Shown: positions 27,188 through 35,445 of the stretch, piece by piece
Layout of the letters: every line of letters starts with the position of its first letter
Numbering within the stretch: position 1 is the first letter of the stretch
Virus record (IMG/VR): IMGVR_UViG_3300037515_000491
Location: 1 to 37,709 of that record
Origin: a virus
Lineage: Duplodnaviria > Caudoviricetes
Direction: 5' to 3' (one strand)
Length of the DNA: 37,709 nucleotides
Program-made: the position numbers and the translations under genes
Notes under the pieces: generated by a model
Told to the model about the DNA's origin: nothing
Databases searched by the model: none
The model's input: only the letters and a program-made list of their open reading frames with translations

Positions 27188-27564
27188 TGATGTTTATTTC
27201 AATGATGTTATCTGTTTTGTTCCAACCGGCCGATTGGGGCGACCTGCCGGCCGTTCTGGTCTGGCTTTTTGCCGGGGGTGGCGGCACGGCCGTTCTGGCC
27301 TGGGCCATCAGCTATTTAGCCGAGCATTGGCCGGGCTGGCACGCGTTACCGGCGGTGGTGAAGTTTATTGTGCCGATTCTGGTTTCATTCGGCCTATCGG
27401 TGGCTGCTAACTACGCGCTCAATTACACCGAGCTTTTGGACCAGATCCAGCCCTACTGGCTCATGCTCGTCACGGCCGTGGCCGGTTGGATTGCGACGCA
27501 ATCCGGGCACGAGACGGCAAAAATCAGGGGCGTGAGCGCCCGCGCAAAGGCGCGGCTGCGGTAG
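27187..27564 (+). CDS. Holin-like multi-TM protein
   Basis: About three hydrophobic helices, basic C-terminus, GGAGGT RBS, post-tail position. Confidence 0.6.
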   Translation: MMFISMMLSVLFQPADWGDLPAVLVWLFAGGGGTAVLAWAISYLAEHWPGWHALPAVVKFIVPILVSFGLSVAANYALNYTELLDQIQPYWLMLVTAVAGWIATQSGHETAKIRGVSARAKARLR

Positions 27565-27566
27565 GA

Positions 27567-27866
27567 ATGCCCGACAGCAGCGACGCCGGCATTGACAGAG
27601 TTGTTCAGGAGTTGGAGCACCTCTGGATTCGCCTCGGCATGATTATGGCCATGCAAAGCCTGATCAATGCCGGCGTTGACGTCACGCGCGCGTTGGAGAA
27701 ATTGGGCGGGGAGCCGCCGCGCGACAATGAGGAATATCAGCGGCGGCACAGTGTCGTGATGGAGCGTGTCCGTTCTCAGTACCAGCAAGAGGAGCAGGAA
27801 ACGAAAAGGGCCATAGACGCCGCGAAAAAGATGCTGAGTGAGCGGGTGCGTGAGGCGAATGAATGA
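27567..27866 (+). CDS. Hypothetical helical protein
   Basis: In-frame ATG just after the holin-like stop; charged helical composition. Confidence 0.55.
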   Translation: MPDSSDAGIDRVVQELEHLWIRLGMIMAMQSLINAGVDVTRALEKLGGEPPRDNEEYQRRHSVVMERVRSQYQQEEQETKRAIDAAKKMLSERVREANE

Positions 27867-27869
27867 CCG

Positions 27870-28445
27870 GTGGAGCTGCAACTAGCGGCCATTCTGGTTA
27901 TCGCCCTTTCGCTGGTTGTTGCCGTCGCCGTCCGGCGTGGCGGGCCAAACCTCAGCGACCTGACCGAGGCGTACAATTCGCTGTCGCGGCGGGTGCGCGA
28001 GCTGGAAGCCGAGGGCACGGCCGACCGGGCGCAAATCCGCATCCTGGAAAAGCGGATTCAGGGGTTGGTGCGCATCCTCTCCCTGCTGGGCGATGGCCTG
28101 CGGGCGCTGAGCCATCAAATTATCGAATCGGGCGATTTGCCGCGCTGGGAGCCACCCAAAGAGGCCGAGGGCTGGCTGCATGGCTCACCGACCATACACG
28201 ACGAACTGGACAGCAATGGTCTGGCCGTGGCCGCGCATCAGATTCTATGGAAATCGTTTAGCTATGACGAGCTGGCCCAGCTGTGCTTCGAGGCCGCCAT
28301 CAACGCCGACGATTTGCCGCCCGGCCACCAAGCCAGGGCCAGGGAGATGGTTCTGCTGTTTAAGCGGGAGTGGCGGCTGCCGGAACTGGTCGAGATGATT
28401 AAAACGAAACGGCCTCACGTGCCATGGCCGATTATGGATGATTGA
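27870..28445 (+). CDS. TM + coiled-coil protein with C-terminal effector-associated domain (EAD7-like)
   Basis: N-terminal TM; heptads; FSYDELAQLCFEAAINADDLP...AREMV....R..RLPELV......RP.V.W matches my recollection of the EAD7 consensus. Confidence 0.7.
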   Translation: MELQLAAILVIALSLVVAVAVRRGGPNLSDLTEAYNSLSRRVRELEAEGTADRAQIRILEKRIQGLVRILSLLGDGLRALSHQIIESGDLPRWEPPKEAEGWLHGSPTIHDELDSNGLAVAAHQILWKSFSYDELAQLCFEAAINADDLPPGHQARAREMVLLFKREWRLPELVEMIKTKRPHVPWPIMDD

Positions 28446-28677
28446 CTACATAGCCGCGTTTGAGTTTCCTTTCTACTAATTTGCCGGCCAGTTCCTGCGC
28501 CGCCGCTTCCGATTCGGCCGGCCACGCCCGCACCTGCTGCGCCCCCGTCGTCCGACTGCCCCAGGCATAGACCACTGCTACGGTATCAAACAACGTCGGC
28601 TGCACCGTCACCATGTACCAGCGGTTCATATTCGTGTCAGGATCGACCTTCTTTAGCAAGACCATTGCCGTAATCAT
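28432..28677 (-). CDS. Stand-alone WGR-domain protein
   Basis: DP..NMNRWY...QPTLF......WG......K.KRGY. Confidence 0.8.
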   Translation of the reverse strand: MITAMVLLKKVDPDTNMNRWYMVTVQPTLFDTVAVVYAWGSRTTGAQQVRAWPAESEAAAQELAGKLVERKLKRGYVVNHP

Positions 28678-28979
28678 TCGGCGCCGGCCGGCGCGTCATC
28701 ATCCAGCGCGATCGCGATCACCTTGTCGGCCATCCAGTTGTCCTGGTTCGTCGCCGGCCGGCGGCTGAAATAGACAAACAAGGTGATTTCGGTCGGTGGG
28801 AATTCACGGCCGTTCAGGGTAACGGCCGTATCCCTGTATCTGGTGGTAATCAAATCCACCAGGTCACCCACATCCTCATCGGCCTCGATTGCGCCGGCGG
28901 TGGCCAGGTCTATCCAAATCGTGTGGCCGAATGTACCGCCGCCGCCATAGTCCTCGCGTCGGAAAATATCAAAAATCAT
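28674..28979 (-). CDS. Hypothetical protein
   Basis: AGGAG RBS; ATGA coupling. Confidence 0.6.
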   Translation of the reverse strand: MIFDIFRREDYGGGGTFGHTIWIDLATAGAIEADEDVGDLVDLITTRYRDTAVTLNGREFPPTEITLFVYFSRRPATNQDNWMADKVIAIALDDDAPAGAE

Positions 28980-28994
28980 GTTGTCTCCTGATGG

Positions 28995-29096
28995 TCATTT
29001 GTTTTGGAAACGGCCGTTTCCGCAACCGCTGCATCCCAATGCCATGACGCCTGGGCCGTTGACGGGGAGGGAGCGGAGGATGGTGGTTAGTTCCAT
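28995..29096 (-). pseudogene. Short ORF / possible gene remnant (33 aa)
   Basis: TGATG coupling; MELTTILRSLPVNGPGVMALGCSGCGNGRFQNK; ends just after a GAAACGGCCGTTTC palindrome. Confidence 0.3.
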
Positions 29097-29362
29097 CAGT
29101 CGAGCCACTTGTCGTATGCTTGCATCAAGTCAGCAAGAGCCGTTTTTGTTTCGCGGGCCTCTCCTCCGCCCCTTGCCCACTTTTCATACAAGCCCCCCAA
29201 CCCCTTTAGTACATCATCCCAAGCGCCTGAATAGGAGGACAATGTATACTCGATGTCATCTTCGTAGACTTTATCCTCACACCACATGATGCCGTCGTCA
29301 AGGCTTTCGGAGTGATTCCATTGTAAATAAATCGTTCTGGGTGGTTGTTGGTTTACCATCAC
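29096..29362 (-). CDS. Hypothetical phage protein
   Basis: P.TIYLQW...WCED.....DIEY motif; strong RBS in junction repeat. Confidence 0.7.
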   Translation of the reverse strand: MMVNQQPPRTIYLQWNHSESLDDGIMWCEDKVYEDDIEYTLSSYSGAWDDVLKGLGGLYEKWARGGGEARETKTALADLMQAYDKWLD

Positions 29363-29586
29363 ACCTCCTCAGAAACGGCCGTTTCGTTTGCCAGCAGTTC
29401 CGCAACTGCGGCGATATCATCATTGCTCAAAATAATGAACATGTTAGGGTTAGTTGGGCTTCGGGCAACGAATGACAATTTGACCCCCGAAATCCCCCTG
29501 TCTTCCAGCATTCCCTCAATATCGAGCATTTGAAAGCCTATGGCATTTTTTAGTTTCTCCAATGGGTTCCTTTGCGTTTTCATCAA
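29359..29586 (-). CDS. Hypothetical protein
   Basis: Bounded by junction repeats; ends ETAVSEEV. Confidence 0.65.
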   Translation of the reverse strand: MMKTQRNPLEKLKNAIGFQMLDIEGMLEDRGISGVKLSFVARSPTNPNMFIILSNDDIAAVAELLANETAVSEEV

Positions 29587-29786
29587 TCCTCCTCAGAAAC
29601 GGCCGTGTATCGCACAACTACCGCTTTTTCCAGCGTGACCATGTGCCCAGTTTGGCGGACGTGTCGCCTGATTTCGAGCCGTCCCTGCACCCTGTCCGCG
29701 CTATCCTCGTAACACCACTCGCAATCACAGCAAGCTGCTAAAAAATGAGGTATACCGATGTATTCGACCGCAACCTTTACCATCAC
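29583..29786 (-). CDS. Small C2H2-like zinc-binding protein
   Basis: CxxC (CCDC)...HVRQTGH. Confidence 0.6.
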   Translation of the reverse strand: MMVKVAVEYIGIPHFLAACCDCEWCYEDSADRVQGRLEIRRHVRQTGHMVTLEKAVVVRYTAVSEED

Positions 29787-31633
29787 ACCTCCTCAGAAAC
29801 GGCCGTTTCCACCGCTTCCAACTTATCACCCAACACCATTCGAATATCCCGCGCCGCCCGGTCCAGTTCCACACTCAAATCCAACATCTCCCCGGCCGGC
29901 AGCCCCGCCGCTTCAAACTCATCCCGCAGCGCGCTAATGGCCCGCCATGACGCCAGATGCTTATGCGTTGACCAGGTCCATTCCCGCGCCTCGTACCAAA
30001 AGCTCAGCCACAGCACCGCCCGATCCGCCAGGCTCAATTCCAGCACCGCCCGGGTAATGCCGCTGCGGTCCAACATGGCGGCGATTGTTTCAATTCCCTT
30101 CACCGGATCATCTGATGTGTACCCCAACCAACTGCCACGATCCCACAGCCATTTGGTGAAGGCGGTCAGCAGCTGCTCCTGATCGTCGGTCGTTTCAGCA
30201 TCGGCCGGCTGGACCAGCGCCATGATGACCCGAAATTCAAAAATATCATCGGCCAGGCATTCTTTGACGGCCTGACGGGCGCGGCGGCGGCACTGTGTCA
30301 ACAACTGCCCGCTGCGCTTTTTCCATCCCTTGATAGCGGCCTGGTCAGCAATATCCGGCGGCGGCGCGGCCTCGCCCGACTCGTCCACGTCGGGGATGAT
30401 GCCGGTTTTGTGGCCGATGCCTACCCCGCGACGGCCGTCACCATCATACAACTCGCCCACATAAACCCAATCGCTGTTATGAAACGGCCGTAACTGATTC
30501 CCAGCCGGCTGCCAACCAATGACCAGGTTATCGCGATGGCCCGCCTCATAATAGGCCCGCAATTTCTGGCGCAGCCTGTGGCTATCGAATAGGTCGAAAT
30601 CGGTAGCAGCGTCGCTGTAGGGCAGCCCCACTTCAGCCGCCGCCGCCCGCGCCGTTCGGACCCCATACCAATTCTTTTTAACCTTCAGGCAGCGAGGAGA
30701 CAGGCACGTCTCATTGATCCGGTTGGGGCAACCCTTGCAGCTCGTCAACTGGCCCTCTGGGATATGCTCAAATCCGGACTGAGTTAAATTAGAGCAGTCA
30801 AAATCAGCAATCGCGCCCGGCAGCGTTTGGCCGGCGTGTTGCAGCATCCGGTTCGTCATCTTGCGGACGTCGTCACTACTGACGCTTTCGCCGTTCTCGA
30901 TGACGTGCGCTATGTACACATCCGGCGCCGGCGGATTGCCATAACTGTGATCCGGCATGTGGCCAGCCCATTCAACGGCGCTACCATTCGCGATCTCCTG
31001 GATTTTAGCCACCCGGCCCAGATCCTGACACTGCCGGGCGCTCAATTGGCCGTGCCGGTTAGCCTCCTGGATTTCCGCCGGCAGCTTCAACAGCGCCATT
31101 GCATTGGCCACCGTCGCCCGCGCCAGGCCCCAAGCATCGGCCACGTCGCGCTGGCTGCCGCCGCTTGTTTTAGCCCGTTCATATTTGGTGGCAATGAGCA
31201 GTGCCCGATCCACGGCCGTGATGTCGCTGCGATCCTGATTTTCTGACCAGACCGAATCCAACATCTGATCATCGGTCAAATCGTCGATGTCCAGCGGCAT
31301 ATACCAGAACACGGCGTCGTACATCTGGCCGAACCGATTCAGGTGCTCAAATGCCCGTTTGCGGCGATGGCCAAACGCCAACTGGACCCGCCAGCCGGGC
31401 TTGAGATGATTGATTTCCTCCAGCCACTCATCCGGCTCCAGATTAGCCGCCGGAACCAAAAAACCATCGTCCCCGACCAGCCGGCCGCGCGGGACCTGCA
31501 TCAGGCCGCGCGTTTCCGGGTAATTGGGTTTGGCGGCGAGGATACGGCCGGCCAGTCCGGGAATGTCGTCGTAATCGCTGCGCTGCTGGTAGGGGTTGTC
31601 GTCAATTTGGTTAAGCGGTACATAAATTCTCAT
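29783..31633 (-). CDS. ParB/Spo0J-family protein with extended C-terminus
   Basis: IDDNPYQQR, GHRRKRA (GxxRxxA), ENQDRSDI, HTH SQRDVADAWGLARATVANAMALLKLP; later Cys cluster. Confidence 0.85.
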   Translation of the reverse strand: MRIYVPLNQIDDNPYQQRSDYDDIPGLAGRILAAKPNYPETRGLMQVPRGRLVGDDGFLVPAANLEPDEWLEEINHLKPGWRVQLAFGHRRKRAFEHLNRFGQMYDAVFWYMPLDIDDLTDDQMLDSVWSENQDRSDITAVDRALLIATKYERAKTSGGSQRDVADAWGLARATVANAMALLKLPAEIQEANRHGQLSARQCQDLGRVAKIQEIANGSAVEWAGHMPDHSYGNPPAPDVYIAHVIENGESVSSDDVRKMTNRMLQHAGQTLPGAIADFDCSNLTQSGFEHIPEGQLTSCKGCPNRINETCLSPRCLKVKKNWYGVRTARAAAAEVGLPYSDAATDFDLFDSHRLRQKLRAYYEAGHRDNLVIGWQPAGNQLRPFHNSDWVYVGELYDGDGRRGVGIGHKTGIIPDVDESGEAAPPPDIADQAAIKGWKKRSGQLLTQCRRRARQAVKECLADDIFEFRVIMALVQPADAETTDDQEQLLTAFTKWLWDRGSWLGYTSDDPVKGIETIAAMLDRSGITRAVLELSLADRAVLWLSFWYEAREWTWSTHKHLASWRAISALRDEFEAAGLPAGEMLDLSVELDRAARDIRMVLGDKLEAVETAVSEEV

Positions 31634-32319
31634 GATCGTTTCTCCTCTGGTTGCGATGTTCGCGCGCGAACATCAGCGCATTGGCTGCACAAGTCGGGTT
31701 CGACCCAATAACAGCCGCCGGGGCAACCATAGTCATCGGTGCAGCCGCAGACGCGGCAGGTTGGTACATCGTCATCATAACAAGTACAGGTTGACCAGCC
31801 GTCGCCATATTCACCACCGCAGGTTTCGCAGGTGTAGGTACGGCCGTATTCATCATCGTCGTCAAATTCGTCGTAATCGTAGATGTGGTCGTAATCGTTC
31901 ATCACATCGAGACATCTATCGCAAACACCCCGGTTCAACTCCTCGCCATACAGCGGATTCATGCAATGACTGCACACCGAGCCATCCTCATCCTCATCTA
32001 TGGCGCTCAATATCAGCCCCAGCTCATCGGTCGAGGCGCTCACGTCGCCGATGGGGATGGCCACGCCGTTTTCGTAGAATTCGCGCCGGGCCGCTTCGTC
32101 GTTAGGGGTGTTGAACTTCTGGCACAGGGCCGCTAACAGGTCGGTCCGCTGCTGGTCGGTAAGTTTGGCCACGTCCAGAACGTAGACATAGGACGCGGGT
32201 CTGTCCGGTAGACCGGCCCGCGTCGGGACAATGGAGCGAATGGGCACGGTGTCCGTGCCCAACACCGCCAGCCAAAACTCCCGCCGCTCCGGATCGTGAA
32301 TCGTTGCTGTTGTGGTCAT
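31630..32319 (-). CDS. Cys-rich multi-zinc-finger phage protein
   Basis: Several CxxC; CRVCGCTDD..C.GGCYWV..DLCS.C. Confidence 0.7.
   Translation of the reverse strand: MTTTATIHDPERREFWLAVLGTDTVPIRSIVPTRAGLPDRPASYVYVLDVAKLTDQQRTDLLAALCQKFNTPNDEAARREFYENGVAIPIGDVSASTDELGLILSAIDEDEDGSVCSHCMNPLYGEELNRGVCDRCLDVMNDYDHIYDYDEFDDDDEYGRTYTCETCGGEYGDGWSTCTCYDDDVPTCRVCGCTDDYGCPGGCYWVEPDLCSQCADVRARTSQPEEKRS
31655..31674. promoter_or_regulatory. parS-like perfect palindrome GATGTTCGCGCGCGAACATC (copy 2), just upstream of ParB start
   Basis: 20-bp perfect inverted repeat ~20 bp before ATG 31633. Confidence 0.55.
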
Positions 32320-32633
32320 TCTTTACCCCGCTCGTGGCCGGGCACAATGTCATGATCGCGCCGCCACTGGCGAAATTCAAAAAGTAATCCGCCCGCGTCC
32401 TGAAGCGACATACCTACCCCTTGCGAAAATTCGATTAAAAACGCATCACTAAGCGCCGCTTCGGCCGCTGCCAATAAATTTAGTGCCAGCGCTCGCGCAT
32501 CTTCCACGCGCATCTGCACTACTTCACTGCCGACACTCACCTCGACGTATGGCAGCCGTGTATGGGCGCCATAACCAGATTCAACTGAGAGCACAGTACC
32601 TTCATTCAACAAACAACCTTCCTTGCTCCCCAA
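32316..32633 (-). CDS. Hypothetical protein (start uncertain)
   Basis: EDARALALNLLAAAEAA.SDAFL; ATGA coupling downstream. Confidence 0.6.
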   Translation of the reverse strand: MGSKEGCLLNEGTVLSVESGYGAHTRLPYVEVSVGSEVVQMRVEDARALALNLLAAAEAALSDAFLIEFSQGVGMSLQDAGGLLFEFRQWRRDHDIVPGHERGKE

Positions 32634-32985
32634 AATAAACTGAGTATCTGATAACGTGATAACGGCCGTTCTCCAACACCACCCGGCCCCTTTCGATTTC
32701 CTTGAAGGCCAGCACCGGCCGCCCGGCAGCTTCGGCCGCTTCCTTGAATTCTCTCAGCAGCCGGCTTACCTCCGCCTCCGATGGCGCTTTCGCGTAAATC
32801 GGCCGCGACAGCGTCAACAGGCCGCTGTACGCATTGCCGGCATAGGCCAGGCCCAGGCCGTCCAATTTGGCACGCCGGATTTCGCCGGCCGCGCCGTCGA
32901 GGAGCTGCTGAAGCTGTATTTGTCGGGCCGTTTCGTGGGCTGGTTTTTCTTCCATCGCATCACCGCCTTCTGTTTGTTGCTCCAA
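32602..32985 (-). CDS. Hypothetical protein
   Basis: Operon context. Confidence 0.55.
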   Translation of the reverse strand: MEQQTEGGDAMEEKPAHETARQIQLQQLLDGAAGEIRRAKLDGLGLAYAGNAYSGLLTLSRPIYAKAPSEAEVSRLLREFKEAAEAAGRPVLAFKEIERGRVVLENGRYHVIRYSVYFGEQGRLFVE

Positions 32986-33010
32986 GTAACTTAGTTAGAG
33001 CAACAAACTA

Positions 33011-33241
33011 TCAAAAAAATAAATCACCCAGCGCCTCAGCCACGTCCGCTTCATCAATCTCGACCACGGCCGGCGCGGCCGCAATCCCGCCCCGCATCGC
33101 CGTTACAACGGCCTGGGCCAGTGACAGGCCGCTTTCCTGCGCCCGTTCCAGGAAGGCGATCAGATCGTCATCCTCACCCGGATACAGGCGCAGGGAAGGT
33201 TTCATGCAGACAGGGCGAACGTCAAAGCGCGGCCGGGCCAT
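33011..33241 (-). CDS. Small ParR-like adaptor candidate
   Basis: Directly after parM-like gene; beta-helix-helix N-terminus (SLRLYPGEDDDLIAFLE...AQAVVTAMR), acidic tail. Confidence 0.55.
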   Translation of the reverse strand: MARPRFDVRPVCMKPSLRLYPGEDDDLIAFLERAQESGLSLAQAVVTAMRGGIAAAPAVVEIDEADVAEALGDLFF

Positions 33242-33244
33242 CGT

Positions 33245-34222
33245 CTATTTCGCCTCGCTTCGACGCTGCGCCTGCATCAACCCCAACTTGTACAGCCCGC
33301 GCGCGATACTCATTACCGGCTGCTCCGGAACAACCGCCCGGCCGGCAAAATCCAACTGGCCGTTCAGAATCAACGCGCCACCGCCAACAACGACGATGGA
33401 GGCAAATCGCCGCCAGGCCCGGCCCCAGGTTCGTTCAATCGCCCCTGAAACCTCTCTGGCCCAAACAGGAACGGCCGTTTTAATATCCAGGCTGCCGGCG
33501 CGTAACTGGCCGTCCAACTCACCCAAACTATACAACCCGTCCCCGTTGACCAATTCTAACAGCCGCCGCGCCCCGGACGTGGACCCGGCCGTGAACCGGT
33601 TGACGGGCCGCGTGTCCTGGACTACCAAAAGTTCGACCGTGTTGAATCCCACGCTGACGATACCAATTTCTTTTTTGATGTGGGCCTTGCGTTCGGGGAT
33701 AAAACGCCCGTCGCCATCGAGCAGATAATCGAACAACGCCCCGGCCGCCTGGCTCGTTACCCGCGCCTCGTCGACCACCAACCGGTACGGCTCGCCATCG
33801 GCCAGCCATTCATGCCCGCCCACCATCCAGCTCCGCACCGCTGCCACCGTCTGCCCGGCATCCTCACCGGTCAGCGGCTCTAACGGCATCCCTACCAGGA
33901 GTGTGACCGGTTCAAAGTTGGAGCCGCCCTGCTGGAGGTAACGGGTCAGTGCCCCGTAGAAGATGGCCAGCATTTCCGGGCTGCCGGTCAAGCGGTCATA
34001 ATCCACGCTCTCGATAGGACGCCCAAAATCATGCGCCCCATCGCCCACGTAAAACGAATGCCCGCCCACCGCGATTTTCAGCGGCGGCTTGCGGCTGCGC
34101 ATTCCGGCCAGCCGGCCGACGATACGGCCGTCGGCTATTGATACGTGAGATGGTAAATGGACCATCCCGGCCGGGCCGGCTAATTTGCAGGCCCCCATTC
34201 CTAAATCTACGCCGATAAACAT
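33245..34222 (-). CDS. Actin-like ParM/StbA-family ATPase
   Basis: Phosphate-1 GVDLGMGACK, connect-1 SQAAGA, phosphate-2 VSVGFNTVE, adenosine VVGGGA, ARGLYK. Confidence 0.88.
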   Translation of the reverse strand: MFIGVDLGMGACKLAGPAGMVHLPSHVSIADGRIVGRLAGMRSRKPPLKIAVGGHSFYVGDGAHDFGRPIESVDYDRLTGSPEMLAIFYGALTRYLQQGGSNFEPVTLLVGMPLEPLTGEDAGQTVAAVRSWMVGGHEWLADGEPYRLVVDEARVTSQAAGALFDYLLDGDGRFIPERKAHIKKEIGIVSVGFNTVELLVVQDTRPVNRFTAGSTSGARRLLELVNGDGLYSLGELDGQLRAGSLDIKTAVPVWAREVSGAIERTWGRAWRRFASIVVVGGGALILNGQLDFAGRAVVPEQPVMSIARGLYKLGLMQAQRRSEAK

Positions 34223-34276
34223 TTCATTTACTCCTTTGGGGCGGGCGCGATGCCCGCCCCAGTTGACTGGTCTCTA

Positions 34277-34612
34277 CTACATCCCGCTGGCCAAAACCAG
34301 AAGGGCAATACCGATAACGATAAGCACCGGCAGCAACCAGCGCCATCCGCCGCTATCCATCTCCACAGCCTCATCCGACTTGGTCAGATACGCTCGCTGC
34401 ACCGCAACGTGTGTATATTGGTCACTCCCCATGTCCAACATACCGGCAGCAGTATCAGCGTCTCGAAACGATTTAAACTTACGTTCACGCATCGATTGGT
34501 ATGTTGTTTCCCTTCGATGAAAGCCCTTTCTTACCACGCCATAATCATCATCAAAATCAACCATCCCCCACCCGCCGCTGCGCTTGTAATTCCTCTCATC
34601 TTTTTTACTCAT
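34277..34612 (-). CDS. C-terminally anchored membrane protein
   Basis: AAAGGAG RBS; C-terminal TM. Confidence 0.65.
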   Translation of the reverse strand: MSKKDERNYKRSGGWGMVDFDDDYGVVRKGFHRRETTYQSMRERKFKSFRDADTAAGMLDMGSDQYTHVAVQRAYLTKSDEAVEMDSGGWRWLLPVLIVIGIALLVLASGM

Positions 34613-34651
34613 GGTTACACTCCTTTGAGGCGGGCGATAGGCCCGCCTCGA

Positions 34652-34840
34652 TTACCGCTTCCGTGGCAGCGTCCGGCTTGACGGCGGCTGCGGCGGCGGT
34701 TTGGCCGGTCCGACCGTGTACGGAACCTCTATCGCCTGATTCTGCCCAGGCGTCCGAACCTCGCCTGTCGGACGTCCGTTTCTGTCAATGATTGCGGCGG
34801 GTAGGTCGCGCTCGTCAATTCCCAATAATTTGTAAATCAT
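34652..34840 (-). CDS. Small hypothetical protein
   Basis: ATGA coupling; GGAG upstream. Confidence 0.5.
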   Translation of the reverse strand: MIYKLLGIDERDLPAAIIDRNGRPTGEVRTPGQNQAIEVPYTVGPAKPPPQPPSSRTLPRKR

Positions 34841-35325
34841 CGTCCGCTCCCCAGAAGTGCGGCCTCGTCACCCGGACACCGTGGCGACACCCGCCGCCCA
34901 TCCTGCCGGGCCGTCCAACAGGCCAGCAGAAATTCGGCGTCGTATTCTCCCGTGGCCGTGAAAACATTCAGCTGCTCCTGCTCAGGAATCACCGCGGGGG
35001 CGACCACGGCCGGAGCAGCCTGGCCATTGCCGGCCGGCGGCGCAGAGCGGGCGCTGGTTCCTGTGTCCGCAGCTGCGGCCGGCTGGGGGATTGCTGGCGG
35101 CTGGGGAACGGCCGTTGCGGGTGGGCTAACCAACGAATTGGTTAGCGGGGCAGCCGGTAGCGCAGTTGCGACCATCGGCAGTGCCGGAGGCTGCGCGCTG
35201 CGCATCTGCCGCAGCATTTCCGCGCCATCAAATGCCATCGGGGCCAATGCCAGGCTGATTACCAGCAGCACGGCCGTGACCAAAAACCAGAATAAGAGGG
35301 GGATTCTTTCGCGTTTACTGTTCAT
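34837..35325 (-). CDS. N-terminally anchored Pro/Ala-rich membrane protein
   Basis: AGGAG RBS; TM helix; C-terminal Cys pair. Confidence 0.65.
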   Translation of the reverse strand: MNSKRERIPLLFWFLVTAVLLVISLALAPMAFDGAEMLRQMRSAQPPALPMVATALPAAPLTNSLVSPPATAVPQPPAIPQPAAAADTGTSARSAPPAGNGQAAPAVVAPAVIPEQEQLNVFTATGEYDAEFLLACWTARQDGRRVSPRCPGDEAALLGSGR

Positions 35326-35445
35326 TTATTTCTCCTAAAAACTATCTGTTGTCCAATAAAAATTCCCACCCCCCTACTCCGAAAAGTTGCCCGATCATCG
35401 CCGTCGTACCACGAGACGACGACGGACGACGGCCATTTTTCGTGC

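Larger units (their letters stand above)
29352..29809. repeat. Three gene-junction direct repeats (34 bp identical at 29352-29385 and 29776-29809; partial at 29581-29606)
   Basis: Minus strand GAAACGGCCGTTTCTGAGGAGGTGTGATGGTAAA. Confidence 0.9.

Noticed and set aside
32781-33728. Long plus-strand ORF (315 aa) and similar antisense ORFs (8173-9033, 9916-10752, 25344-26132, 35908-36495)
   Set aside because: Shadow frames opposite well-supported genes in GC-rich DNA; no RBS or recognisable motifs
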